DNA of 64,000 nt from Octopus sinensis (lineage: Eukaryota), in NCBI RefSeq assembly GCF_006345805.1, contig NC_042999.1:39742001-39806000 (forward strand). Reading direction: 5' to 3'. Made by a program: the position numbers and the translations under genes. Positions 25,960 through 38,160 of the stretch are shown here, piece by piece. Each line of letters opens with the position of its first letter. The first letter of the stretch is position 1. A model generated the notes under the pieces. That model saw nothing but the letters and a program-made list of their open reading frames with translations. It searched no databases and was not told the DNA's origin.

Positions 25960-25960
<1 letters not shown>

Positions 25961-26100
25961 CGGTTCGGCAAAAAAGACCGATAGAATAAGTACTGGGTTT
26001 ACAAAAGAATAAGTCCGGGGTCGAGTTGCTCGATTAAAGGCGGTACTCCAGCATGGCCGCAGTCAAATGACTGAAACAAATAAAAGAGTAAAAGAGTATA
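25960..26100 (+). mobile_element. 3' half of a SINE next to (TA)n
   Basis: Matches 33010-33159. Confidence 0.85.
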
Positions 26101-26910
26101 TACATATGTTTACATGATACACACATACACATACACACACATACACACACACACACACACATATTTGAATGTGTTTACATGCACGTATCTATGAATTCAT
26201 CCATCTATGTATTTATCTATATATCTGTCTGTCTGTCTGTCTGTCTATCTATCCATCTATGTAATATGTGTGTGTTTGTATATGTGTATATATGACTGGT
26301 TATATTCAGTTTCCGTCTATCATATCCACTCAGGAGCCTTAGGACTGTGCGAGGTTAAAGTCCAAGTTACTTACCCAAGCTGTCAACCCTGTACTGGAAA
26401 AGAGCGATACAGCAACATCTATGCCTATTTTGAGAATTCCCTGCAGGTGGATCATTGAATTTCTTTACCATAAACTGGCACATTAATCTTATACACATAT
26501 GGCTGCTATAGTTGACATTACGTTTTGCACATCTAATATGGTCGTGTTCCTGGTTAAATCACTTGTGATTCAGTTGCAGGTAAGTCATCTTTGGTTGAAG
26601 GTTCTCTCTAAAGGGTTTACCTATTCTTGAAATTATTGAACTATTGTTTGAGAGATATACTTTTAAAGTGATACACAGTTACTGATGTCGTAAGCGGAGA
26701 AACAATTAGTTTTAAATATCTGAGCGAGGAGTAGTTGGTAACAGTACTACAGAGTAAAATGTATTTGCCAACGTAAATTGGCAGTCCTGGTTAAGATGGT
26801 CCTAATACCGTGTTTAGCCGCAAGGAAACATCGTTTCTAGCTGGCTACCGACGCACAACTTCGTCCTTATCGAACAAGCTCTAGTGCTGCCATCTCTAGC
26901 CAACGGTTAT

Positions 26911-26955
26911 CCTGTGCTGCTGAAGAGAAATAACCCCGAAACCATGGTTCTCAGG
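26911..26955 (+). ncRNA. Degenerate minimal hammerhead motif
   Basis: cctgtg-CTGCTGA-agag...ccc-GAAA-CCATGG-TT-ctcagg; palindrome ACCATGGT; helix I has 5 of 6 pairs; core is mutated. Confidence 0.4.
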
Positions 26956-27692
26956 TACCGTTTAAGGCCGAGTGGGATAATTAGCTCCCTTGTTCGATGT
27001 ATAAGGACGCAGTTTTGTGTAAGGAGCCAGTTGGGAGAGATGTTTTCCTGGGGCTAAAGAAAGGCATTAACATCGCCCTAATTAAGACTAATAATTTACG
27101 TTGGCAAATAGATTTTTCTACGTATGAATATTTTAAAGACAATATTTTATTTAAACAGGATTATAACAAATGCTCACTTAAAATGAAGAAACAAGTAAAA
27201 TATATTCTGGCAGATATAAATGTGAGATTATTGCACAGAGAAAGCTTTATAATCTAGCTCGCAATTATGGTAAACTAAGTATCGAAATTTTGCTAGATGC
27301 TTAATATTGCTATGTTGCACATGTAAGGGAACAAACTATTTTCAAATTTCCGCATATGGCCAGCAATTTGATTTAAGGGTTTAAGTCGATTACATCCACA
27401 CCAGTGTTTATATAGTACTTAATTCACCGACCCCGAGAGATTTAAGGCATTGTCCATCTCGGCGGGATTTGAACTCTGAACGTTAAGCCGCAGTAAATGT
27501 CACTAACTATTTTCATGACGATTCTGTCAGCTATCTGCGTTAATATAGAATAATACATTGCCACTCTTGAATGTTTGAAGGAATATATTCGTTGTAGATT
27601 TAAAGGCACACAAACTAGAGAACTTTTTGACAGACTATATATCTATGTGTGCGCGAGTGTGTGTGTGTGTGTAAAATATATTGTGTGTGGTG

Positions 27693-27948
27693 TGTAAAAT
27701 ATATTGTCTTTAACACGTTTATTGTAATTCCAAATTACTGATGTCCTGAGGAATCTCAAGGAATTGCTTATGAAGGGGAGGTAATAAGAATTCATTTATC
27801 AATTCCCATTATACATACGCGCGTATGTATAATGGGAATTGATAAATGAATTGTTATTACCTCCCCTTCATAAGCAATTCCTTGAGATTCCTCAGGACAT
27901 CAGTAATTTGGAATTACAATAAACGTGTTAAAGACAATATATTTTACA
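27693..27948. repeat. 256-bp spacer-less palindrome
   Basis: 128-bp arms centred at 27820/27821 (tacgc|gcgta); one mismatch seen. Confidence 0.95.
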
Positions 27949-28067
27949 GGCCCATTTATAATGGATATTCGTAAAATAGGTAGGAGCTACATGAGTGTAA
28001 AATTATTAAACATAACAAATGATCTACTACATAGAAAATATATGCAATTCCAATATATACATATATA

Positions 28068-28615
28068 CAGCAATCTCTCACCATATCGCGATTCAGCTAT
28101 CGCGCATTCAGTACTTCGCGGTTCACCTATCGCGCATTCGGTACATGACGGTTCACTTATCGTGCACTCCGTATATCGTGGATATTTCTGCCTAAATTCA
28201 TATCACGGACTCCTCTGTAAATTGCGAGGATTTGCGGCCAATAGGAATTTATATTTTGTTTTTAGATTTCGATTATTTCTGTGGTGAACTAAGCATTTTC
28301 CCACCTAAAAATTAATAAATTAATAAATAAAAATAGAGTGGATTACTGCTCTGTATAACACATTAATTAGATATGTTACAAGAACATTCGTAGTGTACCG
28401 TAACTGAGTGAAGAAAGAATGTCAAATATTGTATGGAAAACGAAACTCGGGAGGCGAGAGTGTGGTATTGTTTTGCATTTACAATAAAATAAATATATAG
28501 AAATTATAAAAATGATAAGATATATACACATTACAGTACTATATCTATCTCGCGGATTTTCACCTATCGCGGGTGGTTTTACAATGTACCAACCGCGATA
28601 GTCGAGAGATTACTG
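28068..28615. mobile_element. pogo/Tigger-like (Tc1-mariner) MITE
   Basis: Imperfect TIRs CAG(c/t)AATCTCTC...ATCGCG, TA on the left and TG on the right, subterminal atcgcg repeats. Confidence 0.7.
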
Positions 28616-28655
28616 TGTATGTATATGCATGTATGTATGTCTGGATGTATGTATG

Positions 28656-28687
<32 letters not shown>

Positions 28688-28719
28688 ATATATATATACA
28701 TAAATATATATATATATAT

Positions 28720-28809
<90 letters not shown>

Positions 28810-30079
28810 CAGTATTGTACATAATTCCTTCTAGAAACGTTCACTCACGAGTCATTTGACCGCCAGGGTTGTAAAAAAGACATAACGGTAGGGCAGAACC
28901 CGAAACAATCTTGCTGCAAGGGAGGTTTTCACCTATACAACTAAATCTACGAAACATGGCATGGAGCGTAATGTTAAATCCTTAAATCCTTCACTAAATC
29001 CTGCATTAAAATACCATTTCAGTAGGTACAAATATTAACATAGAAATCATATGAAGCTTACTACACCATTGTTTTATAGAATCTTGATTTTATTTGGCAT
29101 AAGTATTAATCTCTATCATTACAGATATACCCAATATCTTACGTTAATCTTTAAATGAAACAGACATTGCACGTTAAGGTAGTGTAACGCAAGTGTAGCA
29201 ATAACTTCATGCCTCTCTCAATGCAAGTAAGTAGATCAGCTAACATTTTCACAAAGTGATCCACAGTAGGCTGCCATTAATTTTAAATGTCAAATTCACC
29301 ACATCAAATATCCGTATGATTTCTCTCAGGAAACGGATATCACTTCTGAATTAGAGATACGTTTAAATCTGATCTTATTCATGTATTAAGTCTGTATTGT
29401 GCTTCTGGATCGGTTCTTTCATTCGTATGACTCGGTATGTAGCTATTACTTGTCCTCACATCATTCTTTCTCACTCTCACACACAGTCCAGCTCTCTCTC
29501 TCTCCCTCTCTCTAACACTTTATATATGTCTCCTTCTCTCTCATTCTCTCTCTGTCTTTGTATATATATGTGTGTGTGTGTATGTGTGTCTGTGTGTCTG
29601 TTAGCGCACGCGTTTATTTAAGTGTGTGTGCGTGTTTATAGTTGTATGTGAACTTGATACGTTATGCCTGAACATTAGAACTGAACTTTAGATGATAAAT
29701 ACAAAACACCAAAGTATACTATATCAAAAGTCAAACTAAATTTCACGTAACATTCTCAAGCGGAATAAACAATGGAGGAAACCGGCATCATCACAATATT
29801 CTCCGTAGCAACATCCTTAGTATCAGCGCATCTAAAGCTACGACTGAATAGCTAACGTTCTATTGAATATTTATAAAAATTCAAATTTTTGATTAAAATT
29901 ATGAGACGATAAAGGATAACTAGAAATTATACCAAATGTAATTGTAGTTGAATGCACACACACACACACGTAGATGCACACACGCACACATATGCACACA
30001 TTTTTCTATCTAACTTTCTATGTATCACGCTCTTTCTCTGTAAACATATATGCGTGTATATATATATATATATATAATA

Positions 30080-30111
<32 letters not shown>

Positions 30112-30143
30112 GTACATATATATATATTATATATATATATATA

Positions 30144-30185
<42 letters not shown>

Positions 30186-30234
30186 TGTATGTATGTACAT
30201 ATATATATATATGTATATAATAATATATATATAT

Positions 30235-30268
<34 letters not shown>

Positions 30269-30832
30269 CATCATATATATATATAAAGTAGAAGAAATAG
30301 CTAACGTTTTTTGGCTGCTATTTCTAACTTCGGTATGTGGTAAAGCAAATCTTTGCTGAACCCTAATTATTAAGTATTACTTAAGTTTACCATGAAATGG
30401 TCATTTTTTCATGCCAAATTCTACTTGGTGAAATTATTGATTACTTCTTAATTAATAAATTTTACCCTTTTTTATTATGTATATATATATATATATTTTT
30501 TTTTTAATCCAAAAGGGAAACAAAAACAACAACAACAGGAACAATTACAGTATTATATTAAATAGGCGCTCAGGAGATGGAAGCAGGGAGGTATGACTTT
30601 TCGAGCGGCGGAGCTCTTCGTCGGAAACATAAAGAAGGAAGAGAGAGGAAAGAAAGATCCCAGAGCGGGCAACAGGGAAAGAGAAAAAGACGACTGGTGT
30701 TTACGAGTTGCACATGGTGATATATATATATATAAAAGTCAAATTAGATCACAGCACTAGTAACAGTTAAGCTTCGTGCAATGGCCATACTCGATAACGA
30801 GGAGGCAGCCATAATAATAATAATAGTAATAT

Positions 30833-30881
<49 letters not shown>

Positions 30882-30929
30882 TATATATGTTTATATATAT
30901 ATTATATAATATATATATATATATGGGTT

Positions 30930-31800
30930 GCCAAAAAAAGAACAATATGCTGCTGAACGAGGATAAATCCACTTTGGAAAAGAGGATGCCCTGAAACTCC
31001 CATACTCCCTTCTTTCAGGTGAAACTCTCGTGGCATCCAACAACATCAGAGACTTGGGAGTAATTGTGGACAACTACATAAGCTGGGCCACTCATATGAA
31101 CACCAAAGTTGACATGGCCCGCAGAATGTGTTCCTGGATTCTCAGAATTTTCCAGTCGAGAGATATCCACACCATTATCCTTCTCTTCCCCACATTTGCC
31201 CGACCCCACATTCAATACTGTTGTCCACTGTGGTCTCCCCACACAAAACAAAGTATCATAAAAGTTGAAGCACCTCAAAGGTCAATCACACAAAAGATAG
31301 ATGGCATGACAGGCCTCGACTACTGGGGTCGACTATAAAAGCTAAAACTTTATTCTCTCCAACGTCGCCGTGAGCGCTACATCATCTGCATGATGTAGAA
31401 AATATTCCATCAGCATTGCCCAAATGATGTTGGCATCACCTTTTAGGTAAATCCAAGCTTGGGCCCCGTGTCATCCGCCCACAACAAAATCGCACTCTCC
31501 ATCTCATAACAACAATGCGGCACACATTATTCAACCTCATTGGCCCCGCTCTCTTTAACATTACAACAACCAAAACCGTTAAAACAGAAACAGACCCTAT
31601 AGGTTCAAGAAGTCTTTGGACAGATTCCTTCAGAAATCCAGATAAACCTCCTACAATTGGATATGTCTCTGTAAACAATAACTCTCTACTAGAGTGGGCC
31701 ATAGTGCCCAAATTCTGACTTGAAAGACTTCACGAGGTGGTGCTATTAAGTTAGACATGGTCTGGGCCAATAATGGCCGAAACCTATTAAAGTATCAACG
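30930..31800 (+). mobile_element. 3' end of a CR1-type LINE (RT C-terminus and 3' UTR)
   Basis: RDLGVIVDN.ISW..H, RPHIQYCCPLWSPH, DYWGRL..LKLYSLQRRRER. Confidence 0.9.
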
Positions 31801-31840
31801 TATATGCATATTTCTTGTGCAACGTCCTTGCTTTCTAAGA

Positions 31841-31874
<34 letters not shown>

Positions 31875-31876
31875 TA

Positions 31877-31916
<40 letters not shown>

Positions 31917-31996
31917 TATATATATATATATTATATATATAATTATAAGTATATGAAAGAATGGAGTTGAATGACTAGTTAACAAATATCCTTTAT

Positions 31997-32078
31997 TCTC
32001 GACATATTTTTCGAAGGCTGCATGTTCCTAATTCCGAAGGAATAAGGAGTACATTATGCAGATTTTTTCATCAGGAAA
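31997..32078 (-). ncRNA. Degenerate minimal hammerhead motif
   Basis: tttc-CTGATGA...CTGCAT/ATGCAG...GAAA-aATATG-TC-gaga; one substitution away from the palindromic GAAACATATGTC. Confidence 0.45.
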
Positions 32079-32216
32079 GTCAAGGAGCATATGTCGACAT
32101 CAAATGCACACAAAACTTTTAGCTGACCGCTCTCTTGTGTTCTTTCTGATGTGATTTGCTACCCAGGTATCGGTTATCTTTCGAATTATCCTTAATAAGA
32201 TAATTCATCAACTACT

Positions 32217-32253
<37 letters not shown>

Positions 32254-32742
32254 ATATATATATATATATATATTATATATATGTAACAGCAAAAAAGATA
32301 CTACAGATTGCTTGGATTATACATGGCGTAATTGATAAACTATACCTGTTCAAGTATCATGAAAGTATGAAATTATAAGTAGGTTTTTTTTCGGTTGAGT
32401 ATTCAAATTGATATTTATCTATCACTGGATGGAGACCTTTTGGGCTGATTCTACCTATATTGGTCATACATATTTTGTGGGATGCCTATTTACTTCCATC
32501 ACATCTATCTTTTTGTATGCGTGTGCGCGGGTTCGTCTCTGTATTTGGCCCCCGCCATCACGTGACAATCAATGCTGCTGTGTTTATGTCACTTTAAACA
32601 AGCAGTTTGGCAAACCAGACCGATAGAATATGTACGAGCCATACCATAATTCGGGTCGATTTATTTGACTAAAATCCTTTAAGGCGGTACACCAGCACGG
32701 CTGCAGTCAAATGACTAAAACTAATGAAAAAATAAAAGAATA

Positions 32743-33159
32743 GGCGCAGGAGTGGCGGTGTGGTAAGTAGCTTGCTAACCAACCACATGGTTCCGGGTTC
32801 AGTCGTCCCACTGCGTGGCATCTTGGGCAAGTGTCTTCTGCTATGGCCCCGGGCCGACCAATGCCTTGTGAGTGGATTTGGTAGATGGAAACTGAAAGAA
32901 GCCTGTCGTATGTATATATATATAAGTGTGTGTGTATATGTTTGTGTGTCTGTGTTTGTCCCCCTAGCATTGCTTGACAACCGATGCTGGTGTGTTTACG
33001 TCCCCGTCACTTAGCGGTTCGGCAAAAGAGACCGATAGAATAAGTACTGGGCTTACAAAGAATAAGTCCCGGGGTCGATTTGCTCGACTAAAGGCGGTGC
33101 TCCATCATGGCCGCAGTCAAATGACTGAAACAAGTAAAAGAGTAAAAGAGAAAAAGAGT
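32743..33159 (+). mobile_element. Full-length tRNA-derived SINE, young
   Basis: ggcgcaggagtggcggtgtggtaag head through the gtaaaaga tail repeats. Confidence 0.92.
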
Positions 33160-33459
33160 AATACAGGGAAGTGTATGTGTGTGTATGTGTGTGTGTGGGT
33201 GCATGCGTGCCTATTTCTCAATATTTCTTTATATTTGGTGCTACTAAAACATCACATCCAGGATGTATTTTATCATGAAACATCCATCATCATTCTACTA
33301 AGATCATGCTAAATCAATACTGGAAGGCAGTTCGGATAAGCAATACTTTGCTGCTAACACCATCACTGCTTCACACCCCAAGGAAGATTGTTCTACTGGT
33401 TCGTACGGAATCTTATATGAACACAGAACAGCTTATGATGTTCCACCATTCACTTTCGT

Positions 33460-33670
33460 CTTCCCTCCCTCTTTAATTGTTTCAGTGATTTGACTGTGGA
33501 CATGCTGGAGCACCACCTTTAGTCGAGCAAATCGACCCCAGTACTTATTCTTTGTAAGCCGAGTACTTATTCTATCGGTCTCTTTGCCGAGCCGCTAAGT
33601 TACGGGGACGTATACACACCAGCATCGGTTGTCAAGTGATGTTGGGGGACAAACACACACAGACACACAA
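33460..33670 (-). mobile_element. Partial SINE (3' half); a further head fragment lies at ~34030-34160 (+)
   Basis: Similarity to 21271-21480. Confidence 0.8.
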
Positions 33671-33700
33671 ACATATACACACACACATACATAAATATAT

Positions 33701-33737
<37 letters not shown>

Positions 33738-34174
33738 AATTCGTAATACAATATAAGGATAAAAATCACGTTCATAAATTTTATCAGATAACCTGCATGC
33801 TATAACAATTTATTGAAAATTTATACATTAAATCAATATTAATATACATATGTATACTATTATATTAATGGAGCAAGGGCGAAATTGCATGCTTGAATGT
33901 ATCGACATTTCATAAATGGTGGGATACGGTTGTTTTCGCCCTTGCTCCCTTAACATAATTATATGTATATTATAATTAATTTTATATATCTTTATATGTG
34001 TTCATATATATATATATATATGTATATATATATCAGTGCAGGAGTGGATGTGTGGTTCCGGGTTCAGTCCCACTGCGTGCCACCTTGGGCACGTGTCTTC
34101 TACTATAACCTCGGGCCGACTAAAGTGGATTTGATGGACAGAAACTGAAATAAGCCTGTGGTATATACATATAC

Positions 34175-34224
<50 letters not shown>

Positions 34225-34262
34225 TCTCTTTACTCTCTCTATATATATATACTCTTTACTCT

Positions 34263-34329
<67 letters not shown>

Positions 34330-34569
34330 ATATTTATATAAATCACTTATTTATATATACCCATAAACATTCTTGGATATTCATTTAAAGTGTGAATCAA
34401 CGCCCAAGAGCTTCGATGATTACACTTAATATGTCAAGCTGCTTGATGTATGCCGTGCACGAAACCCCGAAAACCCCGGACGTTGAATCATCTCGTAACT
34501 TCATGCAAATTTGAAAAGAAAAGATATGTATAGTACTTACATGCATATATATACACATATATATGTATG

Positions 34570-34859
<290 letters not shown>

Positions 34860-35253
34860 TTTACCTATATAACCGATACTTTATTTCCTTGAAGCACTTG
34901 AATCTCAGAATATGATAGATCGTCAACAGGTACACACATACAATATTTTAATGCGCTTGTCTCTTTTTACTGCATGTTGATGTACCTACTATAATATTAT
35001 ATACTTGGTTTTTTCTTCTATTATTTTATATTTCTCATAGCATGTTGTAATGTTTTTTCTACACAACAATATATGTTCATTTTGCAGATATCACCTCTGG
35101 AATATTTTCTTATACAAATGATCGTTTTACTGATTTTCATTGATTCTTGTTGATGTAATATATTGATTTAACGAATATTGCTCAGTACTAAACCTGCCCC
35201 AGGGACGCATGTTGTACCAACTGTATTAGCTGCATGAGTAGATGTTACACATT

Positions 35254-35314
<61 letters not shown>

Positions 35315-35654
35315 ACCACACACATAGATATATATATATATATTATATATATATATATATATATCGAGAAAGTGGTAATTTCTATGTTGAAGCTATACAC
35401 ACAAACAAATATATTTATATTTATATACATACAAGTGAGTGTTGAAAAGTTCCTGGCTTTGGGGAACGGGATTACAGGAGAATTACTTCGTTATGATTTT
35501 ATTTAACATAGTCTCCTTTCAGATTTACAGACTTATTGCAGGAATCCTTCGATATTTCTAAACATTGTAAAATAATTCTAACCAAGCTTCTGCGTCACCT
35601 GTAAAGCTAGAAAAAATTCCAGCACCCCTCATATATATATATTAGGATTTACTC

Positions 35655-35670
35655 TCTCTCTCTCTCTCCT

Positions 35671-35748
<78 letters not shown>

Positions 35749-35839
35749 TAATCCAAACATGAAACACAAAGAAAACACAACAACGCGAGGACGTGGAACA
35801 AATATAGTATTATTGGACGCTCAGGAAGGAAGGGAAGAA

Positions 35840-35872
<33 letters not shown>

Positions 35873-35916
35873 GTGGTGTGTGGTGTGTATATATATATAT
35901 TTATATACACACACAC

Positions 35917-35954
<38 letters not shown>

Positions 35955-36109
35955 TATATATATATATATATATATCTATAATATATTTCTTCCCTTCCTT
36001 CCTGAGCGTCCAATATACTATATTTGTTCCACGTCCTCGCGTTGTTGTGTTTTCTCTTTGTGTTTTCATGTTTGGATTAACTTTATATATATATATGTAT
36101 ATATATATA

Positions 36110-36151
<42 letters not shown>
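35655..36151. repeat. ~500-bp fold-back: (CT)n-(AT)n-unique arm / microsatellite core / mirror arm
   Basis: 35745-35840 is the reverse complement of 35985-36085; flanking (CT)n and (GA)n tracts are also mirrored. Confidence 0.9.
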
Positions 36152-36154
<3 letters not shown>

Positions 36155-37059
36155 AATCCAAAAAAACATAACATCACGAAGACATGGTACATGTAAACTA
36201 TTAGCAGACGCTCAGAGTAGTGAAGAAATATAGTTTAATACTTCGGGCAACGCTTCAGAAAAAAAACCCAAAAGAAAGTCCAATAGAAAGGAAGACGGAT
36301 GAATAAAATCGCCTACGATTCACATGTGGTTACTTTTTGAAATTATATACATATATAAAATTACATTTTGAAATTATATATATATATAATGAGGCCCTAA
36401 GTAAATGCAACCACCGTTCTTTTCATACTTTCAAATTTTACCACAAATCTAAATGCAACCTAAATAACCACACAGTATATATCCACAACGTTACTTATCT
36501 TCCCATTATCTCCATTTTAATTTTTAATCTTTAATTTTTTAACTCTCCTCTCATACTTTAAGGACCTCAATCAGATAATACTACACATATGGACATGCAG
36601 CTGTACGTGTGTTTTGCTTGTATATATATATGTATGTATGTATGTATATTTATGTGGGTATATCATTCTAATCATACATATCTCTACCCCCATCTATCCA
36701 CAAATACTACCAATACATTCTCAAATCTTCATTCACAGCACAATACCGTTTCGAAGTAGCAACACAGAATCCACGGCTCCATAATTTGAAATGACTAAAC
36801 ATGAAATACTAAACTTTTTTTACCACTTCTATACACCACTTTCCTCGAATAACTAGTTCCAAAATATGTTCATAGTTTCTGCACAGGATCTATCATATAG
36901 CTACTTTGCTGCTAACATTTTCGTTTGATATATTATTAAATGTACTGGCAACAACTGTTACGTAGCAAGCCCGTTCCCCCCTTCTCAAAAACCAAGATAT
37001 TTGGAATGTTATGCACTAGGAAATTATTCGTTTTGGATAGGGGATCCCCCCAAATTTTT

Positions 37060-38160
37060 ACCTCCTCATACTCAGTCACATGTTTAGGTGTTTATGCATA
37101 CGACTTGTATTCTTAAAATTTCCCAGTAGATGCTCCTTGCAAATATAATATTTCTTCAAGATTTGTGCTGTTTATGTCTGAATTTGGAACCTTCTCTTAC
37201 ACTGTGTCACTCTTTCTTTTCGCTCATCACATATCCTGCACAATGAATAGGCATTGGCTCCTGTCCTACATTTCGTCCTATTTGCCCAGAGAACTTGATC
37301 GTGGACTGTCATGATTAATTCTACACTCCTTTTTGACAATTCCATTTTTGACCAATTTCAATTGTCTCCCAGTCTTTCTACTTTAGTTTTCTCTTTTCAT
37401 GTTTGCATAGGTTACTTTAGCTAGCAGTTTGTCAGTAATTTCGATAAGATACTCATAGAAACTTTTCAGTTCCATGTTTATACAGTCCTCTACACTGATG
37501 AGTCCCCTTCGTTCGGTTTCACAATTCCTATACAGCCTGAGTAAATTTGCTCTGCTTTCATACAACGTCTTCTAAATTGTCAGATTCTCCGGGTTTTTCG
37601 ATCAATATATTGCACTTCCTCCTTATTCTAATTTACAAGATCTACTATATACATAACTCACAATTGAATCTACCCTTCAATTTATTACCTTTACAATGTT
37701 TCTAGAATATAACTTAGATATGTATATGAACTTGATCATTCTAAATTACACCTTTGAAATGGTTTTCTTTATATCGCTGTTTTTGATGCAATCTGATTAT
37801 AAGAGTCTTAAATGTTTGTATTCTTGACTTCCTTCTAAACTTTTCATTACATGATTATTTGGCGGTTTAAGACTTCGACTCTGCTTTACCTTCCCACTTT
37901 TGAGTAACAACATGGCACATTTATCGCTACCAAATACCATGCCTATGACATGACTGAAAACTTTTACCGTTTTCCACAATGTGCTAAGTTGATATTCATA
38001 TTCCTTTTAAATTTTCTAAGTAGAGAAGGTGCTTCGCCACGACTTTATTTCCCAAATTATATCCTGCTTTAATATTCCACTAAAATATCGACAGAGGTTT
38101 GAATATCACTACAAACAAAAGTCCCGAGAGACTGTCTCCTGCATCATTCCTCTTCTGATA
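37060..38160 (-). mobile_element. R4/Dong-type LINE RT, downstream part; split by the Helitron
   Basis: GDSLSGLLF, VFSHVIGMVFGSDKCAML, RLYRNCETERRGLISVEDC. Confidence 0.85.

Noticed and set aside
29125-29226. Strong acceptor and gtaagt donor pair
   Set aside because: Stops occur in all three frames; it could be a UTR exon but is unsupported.
30590-30630. Minus-strand CCGACGA-a-gagc...gctc-GAAA motif
   Set aside because: Helix II is good, but the core has a U-to-C change and helices I and III do not pair in this copy.
31770-31800. ggcc-loop-ggcc-GAAAC hairpin at the CR1 3' end
   Set aside because: There is no upstream CTGANGA; it is better explained as the usual CR1 3' stem-loop.
30930-31800. 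Idea that this CR1 3' fragment is the missing half of the LINE at 11770-14700
   Set aside because: There is no overlap or shared TSD, the RT core is absent from both, and many independent insertions lie between them.
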